DNA of 64,000 nucleotides, from NCBI GenBank assembly GCA_027622665.1, contig JAQBYT010000010.1, forward strand, positions 1-64,000, in the 5' to 3' direction. The notes under the pieces were generated by a model. It saw nothing but the letters and a program-made list of their open reading frames with translations. It did no database searches and was not told where the DNA came from. This stretch comes from Verrucomicrobiota bacterium. Lineage in GTDB: Bacteria; Verrucomicrobiota; Verrucomicrobiia; Opitutales; Seribacteraceae. Below, piece by piece: positions 27,918-38,152 of this stretch. The translations under genes were made by a program, and so were the position numbers. How positions within the stretch are numbered: the stretch's first letter is position 1; each line of letters starts with the position of its first letter.

Positions 27918-29872
27918 AGATTGCCTCGGTCTCCTTGATCATCTGCCTTTCGCTTTCCACTTCTGTTGGGATCGCTAAAGCCAAGAAGGCGGAAAACATT
28001 CTCCTTCATCAACGCGACAACGGTGGTTGGCCAAAGAATTACGACTGGGAACGGGAACGGAGCACAGCTGAAAAGAAAAAACTAGCGGACATTAAAACCG
28101 CCGGCGACACGACATTCGACAACGGGGCCACGCACAACGAGGTGCGTTACTTGGCCAAGGCATTCAAGGAAACGGGCGACCCACGCTATAAGGAAGCCTG
28201 CCTGAAGGGCATCGAGTTTATGCTCAAAGCCCAGTACGCCAATGGTGGATGGCCTCAGCAATTTCCAAAACCATCCGGTTACTCAGTTCACATTACCTTC
28301 AACGACGGAGCCATGATCGGGGTGATGTCGACCTTGCGAGAAATTTTCCGGGACAGGAAGGCATATCCATTCGTCAGCGACGAGCTCCGCGAGCGATGTG
28401 GCAAAGCAGTCGAGAGAGGCATCCTCTGCATTTTGAAGTGCCAGATCGTGGTGGATGGGAAGAAGACCGCCTGGTGCGCCCAGCACGACGAGAAGACCTT
28501 GGCTCCGCGAGGGGCTCGCAGCTACGAACTGCCCTCCATCAGCGGTGCAGAGTCCGTCGGCGTGGTTCGCTTCCTAATGGAGATCGACGAGCCGTCGCGG
28601 GAAATCATTGCCGCCGTGCAAGGAGCCGTCCGCTGGTTCAACGAAGCCAAGCTGACCGGTATCCGAGAAATCCGGAAGGAAACCAAGGGTACGCCCAAGG
28701 GATGGGACAAGGTGGTGGTCAAGGATGCCTCGGCTCCGACCATTTGGGCACGATTCTACGGGATCGGGACGAACCGGCCCATCTTCTGCAGCCGCGATGG
28801 CATCCCTAGAAAAACCTTGGCGGAAATCTCCTACGAGCGACGCAACGGCTATAGTTGGCTAGGATACTACGCGGAGGACCTCTTGGCGAAGGCATACCCT
28901 GTCTGGCTGCAAAAGTGGGTGACCAACGTCAATTCACTCGCTCCACAAATGTTCTCCATCACCGAGCCGGTCATGTTCAACACAGTGAAAGCCGATGAGA
29001 TTTGCAGTGCCTTGCAAGTCTTCCCTCGAGACAACCCATGGAATCAAATTGTGGAAGATTGGCCGTTGCACAAAAACTCAAGGCAAATCATTTCCTCCAT
29101 CGGAGCCAGCAAACCGCTTCGCTACAACCCCGACATGGCATTCATCCTGATTCCGCCAAATCAAAAGCGCGTAAATCTGACCAAAGTTCATTATGCGGGA
29201 GAGTCGGACAAAGGACCTTTTCCCATTCCAGAAACCACTCCGATCGAAGGTTGGCCAATCCACTACAAGCGGCCAGACGGCAGAATGATTCATACGCTGG
29301 ATGAAGTGCAACGCGATCGGTTTAACAAGGGGGGAGATCGCCATGCAATTGTCGTGGACCCCGTCAATCGCATGCTGTATGAGTTCTTCGCCGTAAAAAA
29401 GACGGATACCGGATGGGAGGCGGGACAGGCTTCCGTGTTTGACCTCAAGACCAATAAGTTGCGTCCAGCAGACTGGACCAGTGCCGACGCTGCGGGTCTA
29501 CCCATTTTTCCCGCCGTGGTTCGGTACGACGAATTGAAGAGAGGCATCGTTCGTCACGCCATGCGGGTAACCGTTCGACGCACCCAACGCGCGTATGTCT
29601 CGCCGGCACGCCACTTCGCGAGTCAACTCACCGATCCGAATCTACCGCGAATGGGCGAGCGCATTCGGTTGAAGCAGAAGGTCGACGTCAGCAGTTTCCC
29701 CCCTGAAGTGCAGGCAATCCTCAAAGGGCTTAAGAAATACGGAATGCTTGTAGCCGACAACGGGATCGAGTGGGCAATCAGCGTCACCCCGGATGAACGT
29801 ATTCCGGTGCTGCACGAAGAACTCCGGCGAATCAAGGGATCCGATTTCGAGGTCGTCGTACGTCCACGTTGA
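27914..29872 (+). CDS. pelA: PL10-family pectate lyase fused to an uncharacterised C-terminal domain
   Basis: GGWPKN, TFDNGAT, QYANGGWPQ, ITFNDGAM, WCAQHD, ARSYELPS, WARFY, ERRNGYSW; second domain FPRDNPWN, GDRHAIVVD, TSADAAGLPIFP. Confidence 0.85.
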   Translation: MKIASVSLIICLSLSTSVGIAKAKKAENILLHQRDNGGWPKNYDWERERSTAEKKKLADIKTAGDTTFDNGATHNEVRYLAKAFKETGDPRYKEACLKGIEFMLKAQYANGGWPQQFPKPSGYSVHITFNDGAMIGVMSTLREIFRDRKAYPFVSDELRERCGKAVERGILCILKCQIVVDGKKTAWCAQHDEKTLAPRGARSYELPSISGAESVGVVRFLMEIDEPSREIIAAVQGAVRWFNEAKLTGIREIRKETKGTPKGWDKVVVKDASAPTIWARFYGIGTNRPIFCSRDGIPRKTLAEISYERRNGYSWLGYYAEDLLAKAYPVWLQKWVTNVNSLAPQMFSITEPVMFNTVKADEICSALQVFPRDNPWNQIVEDWPLHKNSRQIISSIGASKPLRYNPDMAFILIPPNQKRVNLTKVHYAGESDKGPFPIPETTPIEGWPIHYKRPDGRMIHTLDEVQRDRFNKGGDRHAIVVDPVNRMLYEFFAVKKTDTGWEAGQASVFDLKTNKLRPADWTSADAAGLPIFPAVVRYDELKRGIVRHAMRVTVRRTQRAYVSPARHFASQLTDPNLPRMGERIRLKQKVDVSSFPPEVQAILKGLKKYGMLVADNGIEWAISVTPDERIPVLHEELRRIKGSDFEVVVRPR

Positions 29873-29887
29873 TATTTCCCTTTTCGG

Positions 29888-30284
29888 ATGGATCCGACGA
29901 ACGATCCCATTCCTAGTCTGATCCGAATAATCGCGATTCAGGCAAGCGTCAGCATATTCCTCAACACAATGTTGATCTGGTTGGAAACCTTCTTCGCGGT
30001 TTCATCTCAACCGAGGCGTTCGACGACCTTTCCATTTGTTTTGGGTGACGCTCATCTGCCTTTATCGACAAATCATGGGAGCCTTTGTGAAGTCCGATAT
30101 CCCGTCGTTTCAATTCTACATGAGGGAAGTCGACACCCGGGTGAGTTTTTACATGTTCGCGTGGAGCACCGCAATTATTTCCTATTTCATACGCACAATA
30201 CGTACTCCAGCAAAGACTCGCCGCCGAGCAGGAACCCCCAGAACCCTCAGTACCTGTCTTATGGCAACTAGTCGGAGCGAGTAA
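29888..30284 (+). pseudogene. Possible decayed membrane-protein gene fragment
   Basis: Hydrophobic segments spread over two frames (IIAIQASVSIFLNTMLIWL; FHLFWVTLICLY; FYMFAWSTAIISYFI); no family recognised. Confidence 0.3.
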
Positions 30285-30292
30285 CCTCGGGC

Positions 30293-30329
30293 TTGCCCGC
30301 CGCATACATGGGGCTAAAGTGCAGGGAAT
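30293..30329 (+). promoter_or_regulatory. Candidate promoter abutting the start codon
   Basis: TTGCCC-16 nt-TAAAGT-9 nt-ATG(30330). Confidence 0.45.
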
Positions 30330-31286
30330 ATGAAAACTTCTCCAATGCTTCGCTTACTCCCATCCATCCTGCTCCTCTTTGGACTGCTTCCTGCAGAGGC
30401 CAAGGAGAGCATCTCGCTCAAACAAACTGAAAAGACGATCTCCCTGATGCGGGGCGAGAAACCGATTCTCACATACCACATAGCTGAGGTGCCGCCCCCG
30501 AACGGCGTCGACCCGATCTATAACCGCAGCGGGTTCATTTACCCGATGCACGCCCCTTCCGGCGGAATCGTGACCGGCATTCATCCCGACGACCATTATC
30601 ATCACATCGGACTCTGGCATGCCTGGGTGAACACCAAGTACGACGACAAGAAAGGTCCTGACTTTTGGAACCTCGGACGCCGCACCGGACGTATCCGCCA
30701 CGCCAAGGTGAAGGAGACTCGAGATGCTGGTTTCACCGTGGTCCAAGAACATCTCGGCTACCTCGACGGCATCAAGGCCGAGCCAACCGTCATCCTGAAC
30801 GAAACCCTATTGGTCGATGCGGCCTTCGTGGGCGGGGCAAACGTCATCGATTACGCCATGACCCAGAAAAACTTGACGACCAAACCATTAGTCTTTCCCG
30901 CCTACCGCTACGGCGGCGGCCTCGCATACCGGGCGCCCCATTCATGGAACAAAAAGAACAGCGACTACTTGACCTCCGAGGGACTGGACCGAACCAACAG
31001 CCACGCCACTCGGGCCCGCTGGGTCGCCATGCACGGCCCCGCCGAAGAGGCAAAAGGGGAAGACGCCACCGTGGCGATTCTCTGCCACCCTAAAAACCAT
31101 GATGCTCCCCAGCGCATCCGCACTTGGGACAACGGCAAGGTATTCTTCAACTACGTCCCCGTGCAGGAAACCGGATGGTCTATTCAACCGGGGAAAAGCA
31201 TCACCTTGCGCTACCGTATCGTTATTCTGGACGGCAGTGCCGACGCAAAGGGCATCGAGGCTCGTTGGAAGGCATACCGAAACTAA
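30330..31286 (+). CDS. DUF6807 (so-called PmoA-family) exported protein
   Basis: RSGFIYP, PDDHYHHIGLWHAW, YRYGGGLAYR, HPKN, LRYRI. Confidence 0.82.
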   Translation: MKTSPMLRLLPSILLLFGLLPAEAKESISLKQTEKTISLMRGEKPILTYHIAEVPPPNGVDPIYNRSGFIYPMHAPSGGIVTGIHPDDHYHHIGLWHAWVNTKYDDKKGPDFWNLGRRTGRIRHAKVKETRDAGFTVVQEHLGYLDGIKAEPTVILNETLLVDAAFVGGANVIDYAMTQKNLTTKPLVFPAYRYGGGLAYRAPHSWNKKNSDYLTSEGLDRTNSHATRARWVAMHGPAEEAKGEDATVAILCHPKNHDAPQRIRTWDNGKVFFNYVPVQETGWSIQPGKSITLRYRIVILDGSADAKGIEARWKAYRN

Positions 31287-31297
31287 CCCAAGTATCC

Positions 31298-31894
31298 CTG
31301 AAAAAACCTCGCCTAAAACGAGATGAAATTTGCGACACCTTGCGTCCAGAAATGCTTTCGGGGCAATGGGAAAGTAACCAACCCGTCCGAGAACATTCCT
31401 TGGCCGAACGCTTCGGCATAAGCCGGGGGCCGATCCGTGATGCGCTCCTGCAACTCACACAGGAAGGAGTCTTGATTTACAGGCAAAACAAGGGAGTGCG
31501 GGTGGGTTCTCCTCCCGACAAGGAAGACCGCGACATACTCTTAAAACTAAGACGAGATTTGGAGATTCACTCTCTCAAGAAGGTCTTGCCCAACTGGAAT
31601 TCGGAAGATGACGCTCACCTCAATCGTTTGCTTGAAAATTTAAACCTCGCCTCCGAGAAGTCCGATCTTCCAAAGGTGGCGGAAAGCGATCTTGCCCTCC
31701 ACCGTTACTGGGTATCGCAAGCTTCCAAGGAAATGGAAATTATTTGGCTTAGCATTACCGTTCGCATGCGAATGACTTACTCCCGGTTGACCAACTACAT
31801 GGAAATCTACCAAGAGCATGAACCCATTGTGGACGCCATTCATCGGCGTGACTTGCAAGCCGCTCAATCCTGGATCGAGAAAAACATCATTTGA
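31298..31894 (+). CDS. GntR/FCD-family transcriptional regulator (start uncertain)
   Basis: Winged HTH REHSLAERFGISRGPIRDALLQLTQEG; FCD motifs DLALH and EHEPIVDAI. Only an in-frame CTG (31298) precedes helix 1. Confidence 0.8.
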   Translation: MKKPRLKRDEICDTLRPEMLSGQWESNQPVREHSLAERFGISRGPIRDALLQLTQEGVLIYRQNKGVRVGSPPDKEDRDILLKLRRDLEIHSLKKVLPNWNSEDDAHLNRLLENLNLASEKSDLPKVAESDLALHRYWVSQASKEMEIIWLSITVRMRMTYSRLTNYMEIYQEHEPIVDAIHRRDLQAAQSWIEKNII

Positions 31895-32706
31895 TGAGAC
31901 TCTTACTAACAGCTGTGGCTCTTTTGCCCGTTCTTCTTAACGGACAGGACAAAGTCGATCAAAGGGCTCAAGGGGAACGCCTCTTTTCTTTAAAGGAACG
32001 CGGAATCCTCGAAAGCAAATGCTTGGCCTGCCACGGCGAGAAAGGCAAGAAGGTGAAAGGCGAATTCAACCTGACAACTCGCAACGACCTTCTGAAGGGA
32101 GGCGAGACCGCGGACGATGTTCTAGTTCCCTTTCATCCGGATAAAAGCCTCATCATGACCGCGATCCAATGGAAGGACGAGGACTATGAAATGCCCCCAA
32201 AGGAAAACGATCGGTTGACATACGAGCAGATTGAATGAGTTCGGCGCTGGATCAAGTTTGGCGCTCCTTGGCCCGATCAAGTTACCCAGGACCGCCACCT
32301 GCAGAAAGAAAGATCGATCCCAGTTACGGAAGAAGGCTTGCTGGTCTAGACAAGCGGCGGACTCTCGGAGGAGTGGACCTACAGGCGCTATAAGCCAGAG
32401 GACGTTTGGGCCTTCCAATCGGTGGTCAAACCGAAGGCTCCCGAAAGCGCATCCCATCCAGTCGATGCCTTTGTGAAAGAGAAACTAAGAGAGGCAAAAG
32501 TATCCCCCGCTCAGCAGGCGGATTTCCACACCCTCGTCAAGCGTGCTTACCTCGATCTGCATGGACTTCCTCCAACACCCTTCGAAATCTACCAGTTTCG
32601 CCTCGCATGGGACAAGGACCCCGACAGGGCTTGGAGCGACCTGATCGATCATTTACTCGACAGCCTTCATTACGGTGAACGTTCCGCCTAGCACTGGCTC
32701 GACGTC
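31894..32706 (+). pseudogene. Planctomycete cytochrome c + DUF1549 pseudogene, 3'-truncated
   Basis: One frame carries CLACH, MPPK, WIKFGAPW, HPVDAFV, RAYLDLHGLPP, YGERSA*HWLDV, interrupted by stops at 32236 (TGA), 32347 (TAG) and 32689 (TAG). Confidence 0.9.
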
Positions 32707-33686
32707 ACAGACGTCGCCATGGATTGGCTCAAGGCAAGGGATAAGAAAAAGCCTTTTTACTGAGCCTCCAGTTCAAGGCCGCCCGATACGATAAATTGCT
32801 CGCGGGGATACCCATCGCCCAACCGCCCACTCTCTACGAAGACGTTTACAGCAGCGACTCGAACCTCAAGAAGGAGTTCCTCAAAAGAACCAAGTTTCAC
32901 ATGTTGCTTTCCGGCGGCAATCCCAAGCAAAGCAAGGAAGGCAATGCCTATTACTTCCGTCATTTGAAAGACAAAGCGCCGAACGAAATGTGGAAACACG
33001 ACCCAAAGAGTGATAAGGACAGGATTCGCGTGGCCTACCAACACATGATCCACAAGTACATACGCTGCCTGACCGGCAACGACGACAACCTGAAGCGGGT
33101 CCTCGATTATTTAGACCAAGAAAAGCTGACCGAGGACACCATAGTCGTCTACACCTCAGACCAAGGCTATTGGCTGGGTCAGCACGGCTTCTACGACAAA
33201 CGACTCATCCTCGAGACCTCCATGTGCATACCATTCCTCATACGGTATCCTCGATTGATCAAGCCGGGCACTGTGAACAAGGATCTTTGCATAAACGTTG
33301 ACCTCGCCCCCACCCTATTAGAACTGGCCGGACTGACATCCCCCGGCGCCATGCAGGGACATAGCATGGTTTCCTTGCTTCAGGGCAAATCCCCTACCGA
33401 CTGGCGCCATTCCCAGTTCTACGCCTATTGGGGAACCCTCAATCATTACGGCATACGCACCGAACGTTACACCTACCTCAAACTCGCGGGCCACCCCGCA
33501 GAACTGTTCGATCGTGAAACCGACCCGGACCAAGTCCATAACGTCGCTGCCAACACCGAAAACAAACCGGTCGTCGAACGACTGGAAAAGGAACTGCAAA
33601 AACAGATTCGAGAAGTAGAGATCAGGAGATACGAACTGCCGACCTCCTCAGGGAAACAAGAAAAGATACATAAGGCTCGGCGGTAA
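32707..33686 (+). pseudogene. C-terminal half of a sulfatase, lacking the CxPSR catalytic region
   Basis: TDVAMDWLKARDKKKPF, frameshift near 32755, LSLQFKA, YTSDQGYWLGQHGFYDKR, NVDLAPTLL, YGIRTERY. Confidence 0.85.
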
Positions 33687-33763
33687 GCTTAGCCAAACGA
33701 ACAAAACCACTTTCTCCCATCTCTACGCTTGCCTTGACCAGCTATTATACGTCCGATTCGAGA

Positions 33764-35650
33764 ATGAAAGCTTTTTTTCAAATCCTCGGGTTGAATTTTC
33801 TGTTTTGGGGTTCGACGACACACGCTGAACACTTCCCTGAGCCACCCGACACTCAAAAGACCGATCTCAAACTTCCTTCTCCCGAGGAAAGTGCTGCGGG
33901 CTTCACTTTGCCTGAGGGTTTCAAGGTAAACGTCTTCGCCGCAGAGCCCGACGTGCGCCAACCTATCGCCATGACTTTCGACGACCGCGGGCGCTTATGG
34001 GTCGCCGAGTGCTACACTTACGCCGACCGCACATTGATCTTCAATACAGAATTGCGAGACCGCATCGTCATTTTTGAGGACACCGACGGCGACGGCAAGT
34101 TCGACAAAAGGAAAGTGTTTCATGACGGGTTACAGCGCCTCACAAGCATCGCTCTGGGTTTCGGCGGTGTATGGGCCACCTGCGCCCCCGATTTCATCTT
34201 CATTCCAGATGAGAACGAGGACGACAAACCTGATGGCGAACCTACAGTGCTTCTCGATGGCTGGCATTCCGGCAAGGTGCGACACAACATCGTGAATGGC
34301 CTAAAATGGGGACCCGACGGTTGGCTGTACGGGCGCCATGGCATCCTCGACACATCCAAGGTGGGAAAGCCCGGAACCCCGGACGAAAGCCGCGTGAAAC
34401 TGCGTTGCTGCATTTGGCGCTACCATCCAACCCGACACATATTCGAGGTCGTTTGCGAAGGCACCACTAATTCGTGGGGGCACGACTGGGATGAGCACGG
34501 TCAGCTTTTTTTCATCAACACGGTGATCGGCCACCTTTGGCACGGAGTCCCCGGAGCATACTATAAACGCATGTACGGACAACACTACAATCCGCACCTC
34601 TACGAACTGATCCAGCAAACCGGTGATCACTTCCACTGGGACATAGGGCGTGAAAAATGGGCAGACTTAAAAAAAACAGGTCTTACTCCAAGCACTGACG
34701 AAGCCGGTGGCGGACATGCTCATTGCGGCATGATGATTTATCAGGGAGACAACTGGCCCGCCAAGTACAGAGGCAAATTGTTCACCGCAAATTTTCATGG
34801 TCGACGACTCAATAGCGAACGACTCGAAAGAAGCGGATCTAGCTATGTGGGAAAACACGAAGCTGATTTCCTCAAAGTTAAGGACCTCTGGTTTCGTGGT
34901 GTGGAGTTGGACTACGGGTTCGACGGTTCCGTTTATCTGCTGGACTGGTCGGATGTCGGAGAATGCCACGAAAACGACGGACTCCATCGCTCGTCGGGGC
35001 GTATTTATCGAATTACCTACGGAGAAACCAAGTCCAAGAGCATCGACTTGAAGAAACTGAACTCCATCGAACTGGCCGAGCTACAACTTCACTCAAACGA
35101 ACGACTCGTGCGTAACGCTCGACGTATTCTTCAAGAAAGAGCTGAAGAGGGGAAAAACCTCACGGACGCTAAACAAAGACTTGAGGAAATCTTGGCAAAG
35201 AATCCCAACGTCACACGTAAACTGCGAGCACTCTGGTGCCTCTACGGCATAGGAGAGCTTGATGCAAAACGGCTCGGTCTCCTACTCCGGCATAAGGAAG
35301 AACACATACGTGTCTGGGCTATCCAGTTGCTCGTCGACTTCGGGTCACCGAACGTTGAGACAATTGACCTGTTCACCTCGCTCGCGATAACCGAGCAATC
35401 CGGCCTCGTGCGACTTTACCTTGCATCCGCTATGCGAAAACTACCTCTAGAGAAACGCTGGCCTTTGGCTACCGCACTGGGGAATAGAGAAGATTTGAAC
35501 GAAGACCCTGTCTTCCCGTTGATGCTTTGGTACGGTATAGAGAGTGCCGTCTCCGCAAACCCTGCCGCCGCCCTTAAAATGGTAACAGCGTGCAAAATCT
35601 CCAAGATTCAACAATTCATTCCTCGTCGACTCACAAGCATTAAAAATTAG
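33764..35650 (+). CDS. PVC-type dehydrogenase-like propeller/HEAT protein, lacking the usual C-terminal cytochrome c (possibly truncated)
   Basis: LPEGFKVNVFAAEP, DDRGRLWVAE, DTDGDGKFD, WGPDGWLYGRHG, GGGHAHCG; no CxxCH; ends within the HEAT region. Confidence 0.8.
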   Translation: MKAFFQILGLNFLFWGSTTHAEHFPEPPDTQKTDLKLPSPEESAAGFTLPEGFKVNVFAAEPDVRQPIAMTFDDRGRLWVAECYTYADRTLIFNTELRDRIVIFEDTDGDGKFDKRKVFHDGLQRLTSIALGFGGVWATCAPDFIFIPDENEDDKPDGEPTVLLDGWHSGKVRHNIVNGLKWGPDGWLYGRHGILDTSKVGKPGTPDESRVKLRCCIWRYHPTRHIFEVVCEGTTNSWGHDWDEHGQLFFINTVIGHLWHGVPGAYYKRMYGQHYNPHLYELIQQTGDHFHWDIGREKWADLKKTGLTPSTDEAGGGHAHCGMMIYQGDNWPAKYRGKLFTANFHGRRLNSERLERSGSSYVGKHEADFLKVKDLWFRGVELDYGFDGSVYLLDWSDVGECHENDGLHRSSGRIYRITYGETKSKSIDLKKLNSIELAELQLHSNERLVRNARRILQERAEEGKNLTDAKQRLEEILAKNPNVTRKLRALWCLYGIGELDAKRLGLLLRHKEEHIRVWAIQLLVDFGSPNVETIDLFTSLAITEQSGLVRLYLASAMRKLPLEKRWPLATALGNREDLNEDPVFPLMLWYGIESAVSANPAAALKMVTACKISKIQQFIPRRLTSIKN

Positions 35651-35744
35651 AGTCTACCGAGAATTGACCAATGGCCAACTGAGTGTAACAATAGACTCCT
35701 GATCATACCTTTCGGAACTTCAAAATTCCTGCCCTAACATAAGT

Positions 35745-36647
35745 ATGAGCCTTAGCGCTACACTTGCCAACTCACCCCCCATCGATAGCGTCGGAGTAGC
35801 TGAGCGTGTGGCCAGATTCAGCACAAGAAGCATAAAGAAGTCATCCAAGATGGAGGCTCTAAAACTTGCCTTGTCCATGATAGACCTCACCACGCTCGAG
35901 GGTAAGGACACCGAGGACAAAGTGAGACGGCTCTGTTACAAGGCTCGGCATTTGCACGTCGATCTGCCCGACCTCCCCACGGTGGCCGCAGTGTGCGTCT
36001 ACCCTACGATGGTTAAAGTTGCCCGAGAGGAATTGAACGATTGCGGGGTCAAGGTAGCTTCCGTGGCAACCAGTTTCCCCAGCGGGCAAGACGATCTCTC
36101 TCTACGCATTCAGCAAACGAAGGGAGCGGTTCGAGATGGAGCGCAAGAAATCGACATGGTCATTTCCCGGGGACGTTTTCTGGCAGGTGATTACCAATAC
36201 GTGACCGATGAAATTGTCGCGGTAAAAGAAGCCTGCGGTGAGGCTCATTTAAAAGTCATCCTGGAAACCGGCGAACTGCACACTCTCGAAAACGTGCGAA
36301 AAGCTAGCGATCTCGCCATCCACGCCGGTGCCGACTTCATAAAAACTTCCACCGGCAAGGTGCAACCTGCGGCTACCATGGAAGTTACGCTCGTCATGCT
36401 GGAAGCCATTCGCGACCACTTTCAAGAAACAGGAAAAATCGTGGGTATGAAACCCGCAGGGGGAATTTCCAATTCAAAGATCGCCATTCGTTATCTAGTT
36501 ATGCTCCGTGAAACCCTTGGCAATCGCTGGCTAACGCCGAAGCTGTTCAGATTCGGCGCCAGCAGTCTCGCGAATGATCTTCTCATGCAAATCGTGAAAC
36601 AAAGTTCTGGCGTATACCAATCGTCGAACTATTTTTCCATTGACTGA
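35745..36647 (+). CDS. deoC: Deoxyribose-phosphate aldolase (long, eukaryote-like DERA type)
   Basis: IDLTTLEG, AAVCVYP, FPSGQ, EIDMVI, LKVILETGEL, FIKTSTGK, KPAGGI, FRFGAS. Confidence 0.95.
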   Translation: MSLSATLANSPPIDSVGVAERVARFSTRSIKKSSKMEALKLALSMIDLTTLEGKDTEDKVRRLCYKARHLHVDLPDLPTVAAVCVYPTMVKVAREELNDCGVKVASVATSFPSGQDDLSLRIQQTKGAVRDGAQEIDMVISRGRFLAGDYQYVTDEIVAVKEACGEAHLKVILETGELHTLENVRKASDLAIHAGADFIKTSTGKVQPAATMEVTLVMLEAIRDHFQETGKIVGMKPAGGISNSKIAIRYLVMLRETLGNRWLTPKLFRFGASSLANDLLMQIVKQSSGVYQSSNYFSID

Positions 36648-36661
36648 CCTCTTTTACCGAC

Positions 36662-38152
36662 ATGGCGAAAAAAAATAGCAACAAGTTGGATTTCGATACG
36701 GGCTGGCATTACGACCCCGCACCCGAATCCCCCGAACTCGCCAAGCTAAACGACAGCTACGACCTCTTTATCGACGGCAAATTCGTTAAGCCGGCGAGTG
36801 GGAAGTACTTCGACACGACCAGCCCTTCCAGTCACAAGACCCTCGCAAAAGTGGCCGAGGCCGACAAGCGAGACGTCGACAAAGCCGTGACCGCCGCCCG
36901 CAAAGCCTACGAAGGAACATGGTCTCGCCTCCGACCTTCGGAACGAGGTAAATACCTATTTCGCATCGCACGGGTGATTCAAGAACGATCTCGGGAACTG
37001 GCCGTTACGGAATCCTTGGACGGTGGAAAACCAATCCGAGAATCACGCGACATTGACCTTCCCCTCGTAGCCGCCCACTTCTTTTATCACGCGGGTTGGG
37101 CCGACAAGCTCTCTTACGCTTTTCCGGGACGAAAAGTAAGTCCATTGGGAGTTGCAGGACAAATTATACCGTGGAATTTCCCACTGTTAATGGCTGCTTG
37201 GAAAATCGCGCCCGCATTGGCCGCAGGTAACACAGTGGTCATCAAGCCTGCCGAAACCACTCCGCTGACATCCCTCAAACTGGCAGAGATCTTCCAGGAA
37301 GTCGACCTGCCTCCCGGAGTAGTGAACATATTAACCGGAGCAGGATCCACAGGTGAGTCTATCGTTCGTCATCCCGATGTGGACAAGATTGCTTTCACAG
37401 GATCGACCGAGGTGGGGAAGCTTATCCGCAAGACATTAGCGGGAACAGACAAGCGACTCACCCTTGAACTTGGTGGCAAGGCCGCAAACATAGTATTCGA
37501 GGACGCCGCCCTCGACCAAGCCGTGGAGGGCATAGTCAACGGCATCTTCTTCAACCAAGGTCATGTCTGCTGCGCGGGATCACGGTTACTCGTTCAGGAA
37601 TCAATTTCCAAAAAACTCGTCCGAAAGCTGAAAGACCGTATGGAAACTCTCATCGTGGGCGATCCGCTAGACAAAAACACTGACATCGGAGCAATCAATT
37701 CGAAAGAACAACTTAAAAAGATTCAAGGATACCTAAAGGTAGGCCAACGCGAGGGAGCTGAAATCTTCCAAACCTCATGCCCTCTACCCAAACGCGGAAA
37801 CTGGTGTCCCCCCACCCTATTCCTCAACGCCTCCCAGTCTCATCGCATTTCGCAGGAAGAAATTTTCGGCCCGGTGCTCGCCATTCAAACATTCAGAACC
37901 GTCGACGAAGCCATCGAAAAAGCCAACAATACGCCCTTCGGACTATCCGGCGGCGTCTGGACAGACAAAGGCGCCAAGGCTTTCCATGTAAGCGAACGAA
38001 TCAAGGCAGGCGTCGTATGGATTAACACCTTCAACAAATTCGACCCCGCCTCACCGTTTGGCGGATATAAGGAAAGTGGTTTCGGCCGAGAAGGCGGTCG
38101 CCACGGACTAGAAGCCTACCTCAACATCAGTGAAATGGGAGGAACCCGATGA
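36662..38152 (+). CDS. NAD-dependent aldehyde dehydrogenase, catalytic subunit (ALDH16-like)
   Basis: IIPWNFP, KPAE, FTGSTEVG, ELGGK, FNQGHVCCAG, EEIFGPV, GGYKESG. Confidence 0.92.
   Translation: MAKKNSNKLDFDTGWHYDPAPESPELAKLNDSYDLFIDGKFVKPASGKYFDTTSPSSHKTLAKVAEADKRDVDKAVTAARKAYEGTWSRLRPSERGKYLFRIARVIQERSRELAVTESLDGGKPIRESRDIDLPLVAAHFFYHAGWADKLSYAFPGRKVSPLGVAGQIIPWNFPLLMAAWKIAPALAAGNTVVIKPAETTPLTSLKLAEIFQEVDLPPGVVNILTGAGSTGESIVRHPDVDKIAFTGSTEVGKLIRKTLAGTDKRLTLELGGKAANIVFEDAALDQAVEGIVNGIFFNQGHVCCAGSRLLVQESISKKLVRKLKDRMETLIVGDPLDKNTDIGAINSKEQLKKIQGYLKVGQREGAEIFQTSCPLPKRGNWCPPTLFLNASQSHRISQEEIFGPVLAIQTFRTVDEAIEKANNTPFGLSGGVWTDKGAKAFHVSERIKAGVVWINTFNKFDPASPFGGYKESGFGREGGRHGLEAYLNISEMGGTR

Noticed and set aside
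30330..31286. Particulate methane monooxygenase
   Set aside because: A soluble exported protein of the misnamed PmoA/DUF6807 family; no transmembrane helices and no pmoB/pmoC.
31894..32691. Stop-codon recoding or selenocysteine readthrough
   Set aside because: Both TGA and TAG interrupt the frame at non-Cys positions, the gene is also truncated, and intact genes in the window use all three stops normally.
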